DNA of 64,000 nt from Mobula hypostoma (taxonomy: Eukaryota), in NCBI RefSeq assembly GCF_963921235.1, contig NC_086108.1, positions 35,900,001 to 35,964,000 on the forward strand. The letters are read 5' to 3'. Positions within the stretch are counted from its first letter, which is position 1, and each line of letters opens with the position of its first letter. A program made the position numbers and the translations under genes. Under the pieces are notes generated by a model, which was not told where the DNA came from, did no database searches, and worked only from the letters and a program-made list of their open reading frames with translations. Of this stretch, positions 24,092 through 38,155 are shown piece after piece.

Positions 24092-26264
24092 AGCTAGGTC
24101 CGGGGTGGCTCCAAGACTCGAGGCAGCCGGTAACCTCGGTGGGCTATGGAACAGCCAAATCCATATCTCAATGACTGCACTAGCCTACTAAAACTGAATC
24201 AGGTAAATGACTCCAGCAATTGGGTCGTATCTAGAATAAATGGACAACTGCTGTAGTTATTGGAGGTCAGATACTTTAGCTCCAACACAGCAACATAGGA
24301 GCTACTCAGGGCAGCACTTCAACTGCAATAATTTTCAAATGCCTTAATAATGTCTTTCCTTTCATCACAAGGTCAGATGTTTAGTAGTAACTGGAATGAT
24401 TTCATTCAATTCCACTTGGAAATCCTTAGAAAACAAAGCAGTTGTGTCTGCATAAACACAACATTTGCGGTATTCAGGGCTCTGCTAAAAAGTGCAAAGA
24501 ATATTTGTGTAGCATAGATGACCACCTCCATCAAGGGAGAATCTCAGTATGAATTCCTGATATCCATTGACATTATTATCACAGGATTTCAGCGCAGGTC
24601 AGAAGCTGTGTCCTTGACTATGGTGTTTCACAGGCGATTGAAAGGTAGCCCTTGGGGAAATATGATGAAACATTCGCCAAGATGATTGCAGCTCCAGCAA
24701 CTTTCAAATAAGTTTTTGCATGGCTCAGGAAAAGTTGGCTTGAATGACACTCCAAACTTCCATCAGTGGTTTAGTATGGTCTCACTGAGTACCCCGAAGA
24801 AATGAGCTACACCAGCTCAGTAGGTCTTTTTCAGCAGCATCTTCCATCTGTGACCTCTTCTACTTTGCATAGGAAAGGGGAAGGCATAAAGAACACCATC
24901 AGAATCCAGGTTTAATTCAAGTCACGTACATGTATGGGTGGTCTTTTCATTCTATCTGTGTCAAACCCCTTGAGCACCCAGCTTAACAGCACAGTGGCAC
25001 CCTCCTTAGGGTCATTAAAGGATGACCTCTAAATGCCACTAATGAACCCTGTATTTTTTTAATTTGCATATTGGTAAATTAGAAAATTGGAAAATTGGTC
25101 TATTACAGACAAATGTATCGAGGCACAGTGAAAATCTTCATTTCCCCTGTCATTCATTCAGATCATTTCATTCCAGCCGTACATTGAGGTATTACGAGGG
25201 AAGGCAATGAAAGAATACAGAATCAAGTGGGACAACAGGGAAAGTGAAGTGCAGGCAGATAATATGGCACAAGGCCATAATAAGGTAGATTGTGAGTTTA
25301 AGAATCCACCCTATTGTACTACAGGACCATCAAATAGACTTACATATAACAGCTGGTTTTGAGTTTAATTGTACGTGCTTTCAGCCTTTTGTATCTTCTG
25401 CCCAGTGGGAAGGGGAAAAGAGAGAATAACCGGTCTATAATTATGCTTTCTGTTTTATGAAGGCAGCCAGAACTATAGAGGGGGGCCGTGATGGGGAAGC
25501 TGGTTTCTGTGATATGTTGAGATGTGTCCATATCTCTTTGTAGTGTCTTACGTTCTCGGGCGGAGAGGTTGTCATACCAAGCTGTGATACATCTGCATAG
25601 GATATTTTCTATGGTGTATCAATAAAAAACGTGAAATGACATGAAAATAGAAAGGAATTAATTGAACCCAAACTGGCTGAAAACTTGCCAGCAAGGGAGC
25701 ACCACGCATCTGCAGCACACACCTGAATAATAAAAATAGCTTCAGCACTTGACGGCAGGGATGGGTGGGAGAACAGAACTACAAATAAAAGACATTAAGA
25801 GAATTACCAGTTCACCAAACCTCCTTGATAACCTTGGCTTAGCTGGGAAGACTTTGACATTTAGAAACATTCAGAACCTTAAAAATTAATTTCAACTATT
25901 AAAAAAATGAACGTTTTATCTCAAAAGAAGAACAAAACAGTTAAAAGGCACCTAAAAAATGTAGCTAGTCACCATTTCAGTTTTACTCAGTTGCCTAGAC
26001 TCTGATCAGTGCATATGGTCAATTGTAAACTCCACATGAGCAAAATAGCAACCACCTCAGCACACCAGTCAATGATTTCCCATTACATGTACAGCTGTCT
26101 CAAATGCTAATGAACTTTTTGCAAAGCACTAGATACAACAGTCATCAGAAGACATAAAGAAGACTCTAAAATCAATTGACAGGGTCAGGTCAAGCAAAAC
26201 ACAATTAAATGCCCCCAACTGACAGCAATCAATCCCAAATCATTGACTGCATATCACTGTTCTG

Positions 26265-26560
26265 GGCGCCATGGTAGAATAGGAGTTGGGGCAACGCTGT
26301 TACAGCCCGAGGCGTTCTGGAGTTTGGAGTTCAATCCTGGTGCTGTTCTGTAAGGAGTCTCTGTACATCCTCCCTGTGGAATGATAGGGTTTCCCTTGGG
26401 TGCTCCAGTTTCCTCCCACAGTCCAATACATACCGAGTATGTTAGTTGGTCATTGTAAATACTTCCTTGATTAGGTTAGGGTTAATGGGGGTTGCAGGTT
26501 GCTGGGTGGCAAGGCTCAAAGGGCTGAAAGGGAAAACTCTGCACTGTATCACAAAATAAA
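26265..26560 (+). mobile_element. tRNA-derived V-SINE-like copy
   Basis: gagttcaatcc B-box; ctccagtttcctcccacagtccaa; ttggtcattgtaaat. Confidence 0.75.
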
Positions 26561-27830
26561 GAACATCCCTACCATTGGGCCATATACGTAACACCCCACA
26601 TCTTGTCACATTCCTTGATGGGTTTTACAGAGAACTGATCGTGTGGCATCAGGCATTGATCGTGTGGATGGTCAGAGGCTTTTCCCCAGGGCTGAAATGG
26701 CTAACACGAGAGGGCACAGTTTAAGGTGCTTGGAAGTAGGTCCAGAGGAGATGTCAGGGGTAAGTTTTTTTACACAGAGAGTGGTGAGTGTATGGAACAG
26801 GCTGCCAGCGATGGTGGTGGAGGCGAATACCATAGGGTCTTTTAAGAGAATCCTGGATAGGTACATGGAGCTTAGAAAAACAGAGGGCTAGGGGTAAGCA
26901 CTGTGGGCCCAAGGGCCTGTATCGTGCTGTAGGTTTTCTATATTTCTATGTTTCTATGTTTCTTAGCATCTGAGAAGGAACAGCACTTTAGGATCAATGG
27001 CCTACACTTTATCTTCATACGGGACAATACGTCTTTCCACAACTCACCTGCAGTAACAAACCTCTTTCAGGCTCATGTACAGGGGCCCATGGAGTTCCAT
27101 CTACCATGCTCCATGTTCCTTAATAATTTTGAGGAGTTCTTTTCCTCCTGTTAATGGACGGTCTGTGACAAGCATTCGCGCGACCAAATACTGACGGATG
27201 CTCTGACTGGGGCTTGTTGGATAATCATCATGTCAGACTGCCAGGGCTGGATTCGGCATCCCAGGAGGTATTTTTGCTCACTGTATTGCTAGGGATCACA
27301 TTCCATTTGATGTTGATGAAATGATGCTGCCCAGCATGAGGGGCAGAATAGATCAAAGGTGACCATTATTGTGCCGTATTTCTGTTATCTGAGATGTATG
27401 ATTTTTTTAACCCTGAAGATGAATTTTGTCTTTGACCTTCATGCAATGACAGACAGTAAGCTGCTGAGATTACCGTGAAGACTGTGTGTGTGTGTGCTTT
27501 CACTCTGCTTCTCATTCTGTTGGTCCTTACTCATGGTTGGACTGATAATCATTATATTTACAATAATGGACAAAATGTCCTGATCTCTGGCATCATAAGC
27601 AACAAATGTTATACCGTATGACTGTTCATGTTATGCCTCAGTGAGAAGGATAGTCTGTGTTTTGCCAGTGATTATCCAGTGATTGATTATACTGTATGTG
27701 TCAGTGATGTAATACTGTGTGCTACAGTTTTGATTGAATTATTCGCTTATGCTGCAAGTATTTATTTTTTGATGGGCTGAGTGTACTTTGCAGTGAAAAT
27801 GAGGAGTTTTCCAAAATGTGTTAGTCTTTT

Positions 27831-29072
27831 AGACCATAAGATATGAGCAGAATTAGGCCATTTGACCCATTGAGACTGCTTCACCATTTCATCATGGCTG
27901 ATCCATTTTCCCTCTCAAATCCATTCCCCTGCCCTCCCCCCTCTCCTGTATCCCTTCATGCCCTAAATAATCAGGGATCTATCAACCTCTGCCTTAAATA
28001 TATCCAATTACTTAGGCTCCACAGCTACCTTTGGCAACAAATTCCTCAGATTCACCATTCTCCAGCTAAAGAAATTCTTCCTCATCTCCATTCTAAAAAG
28101 ATGCCCCTCTATTCTGAGGCTGTGTCAGCACATCCTTTCAAAGATAAGGGCCCAAAACTGTTCACAATACTCCAGGTGAAGCCTCACCAGTACTTTATAA
28201 AGCCTCAACATTGCATCTTTGCTTTTATATTATAATCCTCTCGAAATGGATGCTAACATTACATTCGCCTTCCTCGCCAGATACTCAACCTGCAAATTAA
28301 CCTTTAGAGAATCTGCATGAGAACTCCCAAGTCTCCTTGCACCTCAGAGTTTTGAATTTTCTCTCCCTTTGACAAACATGTTTTTACTTCTTCTACCAAA
28401 GTGCATGACCGTTCACTTCCCGACACTGCATTCCATCTGCCACTTCTTTGCTCCTTCTCTATCTAAATCCTTCTGTAGCCTCTCTGCTTCCTCAAGGCTA
28501 CCTGCCCCACCACTTATATTCATTTTGTCTGCAAACTTGGCCACAAAACTATCAATTCCATCATGCAAATCATTAACATATAACATAAAAAGAAGTGATC
28601 TCAACATAGACCCTTGTAGAACACCACGAGTCACCAGCAGTCAACTAGAAAAGGCTCCCTTTATTCCCATTTGTTTCCTGCCAATCAGCCACTGCTTTAC
28701 CCATGCTAGTATCTTTTCTGTAATACCATGGCTTCTCATCTTATTAAGCAGCCTCATGTGCAGCACCTTGTCAAAGGCCTTCTGAAAACCCAAGTACACA
28801 ACATCCACCAATTCGCCATTGTTTATCCTGTTTGTTATTTCTTCAAATAATTCCAACAGATTTGTCAGGCAAGATTTTCCCTTAAGAAAACCATGTATAG
28901 CCTTTTTAATCATGTGCCTCCAAACCACATCCTTAACAATCAACTCCAACATCTTCCCGACCATTGAGGTCAGACCAACTGGCCTATAATTTCCTTTCTT
29001 CTGCCTCTCTCCCTTCTTGAAGAATGGAGTGACATTTGCAATTTTCCAGTCCTCTGGAACTATGCCAGAATG
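27831..29072 (-). mobile_element. CR1 fragment nested in the DD37E-like transposon
   Basis: ORFs 28641..29096 (VPEDWKIANV, GKSCLTNL) and 28413..28634 (KFAD). Confidence 0.9.
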
Positions 29073-32000
29073 AGTTGATTTTGTGGGCCATGCCAACTGT
29101 TTGAGAATGTGGCTACTGCTTGACCAGTGTGTTAAGCGACTGAGAAAAGCTGTAAAAATAATTATAAGTAATTAATATCTCACTTATGATGAGATGGCTT
29201 AACCTTCCTAGAATATTTGAGTGGTTAATGATAGAAAATTGCCACTATTTTGCCACACCATCACCAGTTAGCTTGCTACTCATGAGCAACTGACTACTCC
29301 TAAGTGTTAGTGGAGAATTAACAAAGCTGCAGACTGCGCTTTGGCTACTAAGGAAGCTGCCAATATCACTCCCCCTCATAAAAGTGTAAGACAAGCTATA
29401 TGAAAAGAAGAAAAAGAGAAAGGTCGGGAAAAGTTTAAATTATGATGAGATGAAATGGAGAAAAGAAATCAATCGGAAAGAAGTTTCCTCCACAAGAAAA
29501 ATTAAAGAATATATGCAGTGAGTTTTAGGAGTTGTAGACTTAGTTGTTTACAGGCTAAGTAAAATGAAATAGGGGAAGGAAAAGTTAAGTAGGCAAAGAG
29601 CAAACTGTGAAATGAAGATAAAGGAAACTGGAAAACTTGTTCTGTAGCAGTTAAAGTTTGAAAAAAGAGAAAGAAGAGAACAGGATGGAATAGAGAATTA
29701 GTAAATTAATAGAGATTAAGATGGATTAGTACATGAGTCAAAGAATGTGGGCAATGATTAGAATGTAAGGAAATATAATGTGAGAAAGGGAGATAAAGGT
29801 AAAGGCAAACTAGCAAGAGGAGTGAAAATCAAAGACGAAACAAGGAGAGCAGAGGAAAGGAACCTTGCAAAATAATCTTTAACTGAATCAGGAATCATTA
29901 AACTGTTAAGGCACACAAGGCCGTGACTTGATCCAATGAGTTCATATCAGCTTTTTAAACATTCCAAGCCTGACATTATTTTCTGTATGTTGATGTTAAT
30001 TGACAAAGAGATAGATGTAATTTCCTTCCTTCCTATGATTAACAGAACAAACTGCTGCTGATTAGAGATATATTAAAAAAATTGGGTAACAGTTCCTGAA
30101 TAAAGCCATGTGGCTTTACCGAGAGATTTTATTGGTTACCTGGTCTATGTGAGTGAGTGAATGTGTGTATCTGTGTGTGTAAATGAGTGTGCATATGTGT
30201 GTAATTGATAATGTGCGTATGTTTGTGGATCTATAAGTTTATTATTGCATTTGTGTGTGAGTTTATGTATCATGTGTAGCCACTTGTATATTGCATTCTT
30301 GTACTGGTGTGTTTGCATGCTTATGTTTGTGTGTATGCATTTTTCAATGTAGGTATGAGCAAATATATGTCTGCAGCAGAGCCTGTGGGAGGGTTTGGGT
30401 GGACATTTGGAGCTACATATGTGCTGTCTTTAATTATACATGAGCTGGTCAATGAGAGACTGAGACATCAGTATTTTCCAGGTCAGACATGGGATACCCT
30501 GTAGTGAATGACTTACTTACAGACTCACTAATATCTTTCCTCTGCTGACAAGGTAAAAGTTAGGAGTATCACGGATTACTGCTATTTACATGGTACAAGC
30601 TACAACATCATTCAAAGAGGTTCATCAGTATCTTGGCTAAATCAGCCAAGGTTACTGGATTAGTAACCAATCTACCATCACAGATACATCCAATAATACA
30701 CACACACCCTCCATAACTGCAGCTTGCAGAGATGTCTTGCAGAACTTTTCAACCACAAATCCCAATCTCCAACATCTACTAGGAGAATCCTAGAAGAATG
30801 TATAGATTCACCACTGCTTGGTATTTATTCTGCAAAGCAAGTATAATCATGACATGGAAACATGTTACTTTTACTTTAGCTGGATCTAAATCTGAGACCT
30901 CCGTACTCAGCAGCCATCTGGAAGTATCTTTACTAGAAAGATTATTGTCGCCCAGAAAGATGGCTCACTGCCTTCCCAAGGTCATTTAATAATGGGCAGA
31001 AAATGCTGGCCTTACCTATGATGTCCTTATTCTGTCAATAAATTTTAAAATATATTGCCACCTTGTATCAATGGAAAGTAAAATTTGGAAAGAGGGTTTC
31101 ATCAAGCTTACTTTACTGCTTTACATATTCGGTGCACCTGACAAAGGATAGACTTCTTTCCATGGTGACATTGACTGTGCCCTGTAATGCTTATGCTGTA
31201 CAATTCTGCTCTTTAGAAAGCCAGTAAAATACCCAAGGCCCTGAATATTTATTTCCATTTTTTTATAAAACTATAATAAATACATAGGATTCTTATTTCC
31301 TATTTTACTTTGAAAAGTTCTTAAATTAGGAGAGCAGACTTTATCAGTTAAGAAGATGCTGAGCTTGAGTCTATAAACAACCTTTTGTGAAATAGCCAGG
31401 TTATTTTGCTTTCTGAAATAGCATTATAACAAAGCAAGCATTTGACTAAAGAAAATGTCAAACATTTGTGTGCATGCTCTATTGCATTCAGCTGTAATTG
31501 GATGTGGAAAAAGAGCTGAGCCCTATTCACCTTAGTTTTCTCTCCTACATTAATGGTTCCATCATAACCAGCAGTATTTTCACGTTACAGAGTCAAAGAG
31601 TTATAAAGTCACACAGACCAAAAACAGACCCCTCAGTCCAATGGGGTCTACGCCAGCCAAGACACCCATACAAGCTAACTCCCTTTGCCAGAGTTTGGAC
31701 CATAGTCTTCAAAACCTTTCTATCCTTTACCTGTCCAACTGTCATTTAAAGGTTGTTATTGTATATCTTTATAAGATGGTTCCTCACTCTCCTATGGTCC
31801 AAGGAGTTAAAGTGCTAGCCTGTCCAAACTCTCCTCTATAATTCAGTCGCTTGCCCTGAAAAGAACCTTTAAATCTCTATTGCACTCTTTCCATTTTAAT
31901 AAGTTCTTTTCTACAACAGGATGAAAAAAACTGAATATTATTCTTCAAGTGCACCCTCAATAGTGTCCAACACGACTACATCTTGACATCCCAACTTTTA

Positions 32001-32161
32001 TGTTCATTTTAATCAGTCACCCCCCAGAACATATCATCATCTATTTCTCCTGTCCTTGCCCTTCTAGAAGGCAAGCTCTATAACCACAATCGACCCTACA
32101 TTATTTTGTCCATGTTTGACACTTGATTGTGAATAAAGAATGGAGCCATGCATCAACTACA

Positions 32162-32164
<3 letters not shown>

Positions 32165-32194
<30 letters not shown>
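32165..32194 (+). repeat. (CA)n microsatellite
   Basis: Read directly from the sequence. Confidence 0.95.
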
Positions 32195-32197
<3 letters not shown>

Positions 32198-35100
32198 TAT
32201 TTCCAGTGGCAGCATAAAAAAGTCATTGTATAAAATCTTTCCTAACATCAGGACCTCTCTAAACCACATAATTGCCATTGTGGCATCTCTGAAATTTAAT
32301 ACTTGTTGAAATATGGAAAATTCAGCAGGCAACCTGCATCCAGCCCTCACAAATAACAAGGTAACTGTCACATGATTGGTTTGTTATAGTGACATTAACT
32401 GAAGGGTAAAAATATTGACCAGGATATAGCAGAGAATTTCTGTTCTGTCTGACTTCAAAATAGCATCCTGAAATCCTTTACAGGCAGTCTAGAGGTTTAA
32501 TGTCTCATGCAAAACATGACATTTCTGAAAGTGGACACTTCCTCAGTACAGTTAGTACAATCAGTTCAGCTGGTCTCAGCCAAGATCATGTATTCAAGTC
32601 TCTCAAGAGGGACTTAAAGCCCACAAACTTTCAGTCAAACCCAAGATTGCCAATAGCGAAATCACTGACAAGGGATATTGAACAGAAGTGAGAATTATGG
32701 CTGGTTTTACTTTTTCTCAGCCCAGGAACTCAAAATAGAGGAGCAACTGAACTTGGAAACAATCCAGAATGCTTATCCCAGCCTCATATTTACCAAGTAA
32801 GGTGTATGTAGTGACTGGAACAAGCCTGTTGAATCTAGTTCTCATTTTTTGTCTCTGTTCTCAGATTGAACTAGCAATACAAAGCAGAAAGATTGCAGTT
32901 TGGTGTAGGTCTCCACACAATGAGTTTTTCAGAAAGAGTTAAAGCCAGAGGACAGACAGACAAGGACGGCCCAAACTGGAATGATGAGTTAAAACCTATG
33001 CATCTCCTAACAGCTGGCAGCGTTGACAGAAGATTTTCCTGAATATCTGACCATCTGAATGATGCTACACCAACCAGGAGGCATTTTTTAATAAGTAATG
33101 TGAATATTAGTTCCAAGACAGATAAAAGAGATTAGATTATCTGCTGAACACTGCCTAATGTTTGTGCAGTACTCAAAAATAGTCATGGACAATGGGGTGG
33201 AGGAGTCTCCAAGACCATCCCTATCTTTACTGATGGCTGTGTCCAGCAGGTGAATGCAAAAGAAAAGATTGAAGCCATGTTCAGCCAGAAATAATGAGTG
33301 TTTGATTCAACTTGGTTTCCCACGGAGGTCCCCGCTATCACAAAAGCCAGTTTCCAGGTGTAATTCTGACAGTATGCAGCCCAGAACAAGCAGTGCCCCA
33401 AGCTTTTCCACTTGCTCAGGAATATCCTGTCCACAAAAGGCAGATAAAATCTAATGCAACTAATTACCACTTATTCAATCACCTCCAGTCATCAGCAAGA
33501 TAGTGGAAACCATCATAGATAACGCTACCAACCTACTCTTCCTCACTCATAACCCACTCATAGATGCCTAGTTTGGGTTTATTCAGGATTTCTTAGTTCT
33601 TTATGCCATCACAGCCACAGTCCAAACAGGAATTCCAGAGGTGGTGTGAGGGTGATTATCCTTGACATCAAGGAACATGTATGGCTTCAAGCCATCCTGG
33701 TAAAACTAAAGTCAATAGGCATTTGTTCTTCTGCCATCAGGCAAACATCACAGGAGCATCAAAACTAAAACCACAAGGCTACTAAACAGCTTCCTTCCAC
33801 AGGCAGTCAGACTGCTAATAGCTGCTCTACCTGACTCTGTTTTGGACACTTTTAACTTGCACTGGACACTTATAACTTGATTTTAACTGACATGTGGCTG
33901 TTGTGTTTTACTATTTATTGTTATGTTTATTATTTAGTGTTGCATTTGTTATGATTGCACTGCTCCTGGGAAACGCTGTCTCATTCTGCCCTGCAGAGCT
34001 GATGTACTGTTAGAATGACAATTAAATTTTTTGAATCTTGAATCTTGAATCAAAGAGTACACATTCTGTGGATGGAATTTAATCCCACACAAAGGGAAAC
34101 GGTTGTGGGTATTGGATCCCAATAACAGAGTGTCATGATAGGAGTTCCTCGAGGTTTTGTCGTAAGCCCAGCCATCTTCAATTGCTTCATTAATGACCTT
34201 CCTTTCATCAGAAGGTCAGAGTCGGGATGCTCACTGGTGATTACACAACATTTAGTTACATTAGCAAGTTCCAGACAACATTCAGACTGAAAAATGACAA
34301 GTAACATACAGTTAGTGCCACAAAGGTGAAAAGCCATGATTATCTCCAACAAGAGAGTATCTGATCTAATTAATGAATGACATGACATTGCTGAGTATCC
34401 TGATATATCATAATATCCTGAAGGTCACTACTGTCCAGCCGCACAATTATCATGGTTACCAGACTGGTTACAAACTAGATATCCCAAGGCATGAATCACC
34501 TTTTGGCATCCTAAAGCCTTTCCACCATTTACAAGACACAAGTCAGAAGTGTGATTGAATGCTCTCCACTTGCCTAGCTGAGTACAGCTCCAACAATTCT
34601 CAAGAAACTAAACACCATACCGACCAAAGTAGCCCGCTTGATTAGGCCTCCATCAACCACTCTAACCATTCCTCTCCTCCACGACTGACCCATAGCAAAT
34701 GCAATGTATACCATCTACAAAATGTTACTTCTCCAGGCTACTCTGATAACACCTTTCAACCTTACGATCTCTACCATTCAGAAGGATTAGAGCAGATAGC
34801 ACAAGGAAACACCACCATCTGCAGGTTCCTCTCCTCATCGCAAACGTGACTTGAAAATTTATCATAGGCCCTTCTTTGTCACTGAATCTAAATCCTACAA
34901 ACTGCTATGCAACAGCACTGTGGGATTACCTTCACCAGCAGGCTATAGTGGCTCAGGTTGGAAGATCATCTCTGCTTCTTCAAGGGCACTTACAGATGTT
35001 GGCTTTCCTAGAGCTACCATTTTTATTATTGGCATAATCTGTCCTCTTTTGTACATTGGATGATTGTCATCTTTGTTATGTATATTTTTCATAAACTTGA

Positions 35101-35199
35101 TTGTATTTATTTATTTTCCTGTAAATGCCTGCATCAAAATGAATCTCGGGGTAGTTTATGGTGACATACATATGCTTCGATAATAAAATTACTTTGAAC

Positions 35200-35860
35200 T
35201 TTGATGTAGGTGCCAACGCCACAACTACACTCTCAGGCAGTGCAGTCCAGATTCCAATCACGCTTTGGATGAAAAAGTTCTTCCTTAGAACCACTTAAAC
35301 CTCTTACCCCCTACCCTGAACCTTGGGCCTCTCTGCAATAGGGAAAAGATTCTTAGCACCCATCCTATCTAATTCATCTTATATTCCTTCCCTTCTGCCT
35401 CTACCTCCTAAGCCCCAAGGAAAACAAGACCAACTAATCCATTGTCCCCCCCCCATAGTTGAAACTTTCCAACCATGACAACATCCTGATGAATCTCCTC
35501 TGCACTTCCGCAGAGCAGTCATATCCTTCCCATTGTGTGGCAGCCAGAACTGTACATTTTACCCTTGCTGTGGCCTAACCAATGTTTTATAACTTTATAA
35601 CATAACCTTCTTGTTCTTATATTCAGAATTCTGGATAAATAAGGTAAGTATTTCGTATGCCTACTTAACCAAATTATCAACCTGTGCTGACACCTTTCAA
35701 GGATCCTCATTCATTTGATCCTCAGTAATCCTGAGGGCTTTAACAATCATAATGTATGCTCTGCCCTTATTAGGCCTCAAAAATTGTGTCACCTCATACT
35801 TCTCAGGATTTAGTTCCATCTGCCATTGTGTTACCCATCCCACCAAATGGTCAACATCAT
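35200..35860 (-). mobile_element. Old CR1 3' fragment
   Basis: LRKNFFIQSVIGIWTALPESVV. Confidence 0.7.
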
Positions 35861-37699
35861 ACAGTTACCTAATACAATCTTCCTCATTATCATCTGTACC
35901 CACAAATGGCTCATGTTTTATTCTGGCTTGAATATGCACAGCAGTTGGGTTCTCTTTCAGGTTTTTGCCATTCATCAGACAACAGAATCTCTGCCAGTAC
36001 CGTGACTGGTGAGGAGTAGGGTTACCGGGAGGTAAATGCCATTTGCCTTGACTGGCAACTCCTACAACACCACTAGTGTAAAACTGTATAGGTCTCCACA
36101 ATTCCTTTGGGTTCATCAGCTGCCTGCTACATGGGCAACAGCTTGCTCTCCATATCATACTGGCCTGGCCTGCGTTTCACATAGACAGCTGGGACACAAC
36201 TTTTATGGTCAACCCTGACCATCAGAGTGCCTCACAGCGAGTACAGAAATACGTGAAGACAATGTAGATGAATGTGTGACTGAAGAACATTCAGTGCAGT
36301 AAAGAAGACATTAGATTCCTAGGACATTTGGACCAGTTCTAGGGAAGACAGCCTCTGGGCGAGCCATGTGGAATTCATCTCAGCGGTGTTGATAACAAGA
36401 CAGACACAAGAGGCTAGATGCTAGAATCTGGAGCAACGCACAAAATGCTGGAGAAAGTCAGTGGGTCAGGCAGCTTCTATGGATATCAATATCACTAGAA
36501 GGAAGCTCTTATAGTCTGTCAGGATGTGTTTGAATCAGATTGGCCAGGCAATGGAAACCCGAGCATGGAGTCAGAGGAAGATTGGCAAGGTTGGAATTAG
36601 AAAACCAAAACTGAATAAGCAAGAATTACTGAGAGATACAGCATGGAAACAGGAGCTTTGTCCCACCGAGACCACATTGACAATCAGCAACCCATTTGCA
36701 CTAATACCTGCATTTATCTAACTTCTTTATTTTTCACACATTCCCATCAGATCTCCCCAGATCCAACTGCTCAGCTAAACACTAGAGAGAATTTCAGCAG
36801 CCAATAGACCCAGCAGCCCTAATGTCTGTTTGAGCACCTGGAGGAGAGTCACAGAGAGAAGGTCTGGTCTCCACTGGGGGTCAGATCTCAGCTGCTGTGA
36901 GACAGTAGCACTACTAGCAGTGTCAGGGTGCGGCCCAAAGTCTTGAAAGCAAAGGAAAGGCTAGAAAATGGAGAGATATGGGTAACCCCAGGTAATTTCT
37001 AAGGTAAGGATATGTTCAGCACAGCTTTATGGGCAAAAGGGCCTGTATTGTGCTGTAGCTTTTCTATGCTCTATGTTCTATGTTCTAAAATAAACAACAA
37101 AGTTGGCCAATGTTCAATGCCATATCATTGTCATCAAAAAGTCAAATGAATAAAACAAATCAGCAGAAGGCTTAAATGTTTGCAAAAATATTATCATAGT
37201 TATGACTGAAAATGACTTCAAAGTGAAAGGAATGGCATTTCACTTCAGAGATTTCAGACTTGACTGGAAGAAAACAAAAGCATGGGGAAAGTAGAAAGGA
37301 GATTAGAGGAACAAAAAAAAAGGTCATGAAAGCAAATTAACGAACCAAATCAAGGAAAATTCATAAATACAAACAGATCAATGTTGGTTAAAAGAACAAT
37401 TGTAGCTGTAATTATGCTGGATCATGCAATCAGACTACTAAGGAACATAAAGACGGGTACCATTTGCTGGGTGTGTGTACCATACTTTCTCAACCAAGGG
37501 ATGATATGGTCTGACGGGTGCAAAGTAAGAAAGAAGGGCTATCAACAATCCTGATGCTATTCTGAGATTGAAGCGGTGTAAAAGAGTAATGACTTTTTTT
37601 TTCAGTGGGAGAACTTATTGGAAAACATGTTACAATCCTGCAAAGACGGGAGGCAGTTTTGGACTTAATTGCAGTGTGTAAATTTGGACAGGTAGAAAA

Positions 37700-38155
37700 T
37701 GTGGGAGACCTCCTCTCTATGGACTCTGTCTACAGCTCTAACTGCCTCAGTAAAGTAGCGAATGTAATCAATGACACCATCCCCCCCCCTCCACCCTGCC
37801 CACCTCAGACATTTTCTCTTCGCCTCCCTCCAATCAGGCAAAAGATAGTAAAGCCTGAAAGCACGTACCACCAAGGCTCATAGACAGTTGCTATCCCACT
37901 GTTTTTGAAATATTGAATGGTCCCTTTGTACGATAGATGAACTCCTGACCTCTCAATCTACTTCATTATTATCTTGCACCTGACTGTCCACCTGAACTGC
38001 ACTTTCTCTGTAACACTTTATTCTACATTCCGTTACTGTTTTCCCTTACACCACTTCAAAGCACTGGATGATCTGTATTGATCTAGATGGGTCACGTGCA
38101 AAACAAAGTTTTTCACTGTACCTTGGGTCATGTGACAATAGTAAACTAATTTACC
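37700..38155 (+). mobile_element. Degenerate Rex1/Babar-like 3' fragment
   Basis: Homologous to the 3' ends of the 8520 and 22480 copies (catgtgacaatagtaaac tail). Confidence 0.6.

Larger units (their letters stand above)
23328..24130. mobile_element. GC-rich LTR-like insertion containing two minisatellites
   Basis: Begins TGTCA directly after a truncated Rex1-like tail; abrupt rise in GC and CpG; no partner LTR or TSD found. Confidence 0.45.
25975..29155 (+). mobile_element. Fossil IS630/Tc1-superfamily (DD37E/TRT-like) DNA transposon interrupted by SINE and CR1 insertions
   Basis: ~27000-27330 reads DNTSFHNSPAV...FLNNFEEFFSS...CQGWIRH...DVDE. Candidate TIRs are tttcagttttactcagttgc (25975) and gcgactgagaaaagctgtaa (ending 29155). 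The coding relic is solid; the outer boundaries are inferred. Confidence 0.7.

Noticed and set aside
29390..30350. Purine-rich tract and degenerate (TG)n region
   Set aside because: Low-complexity sequence with no periodic unit or coding signal.
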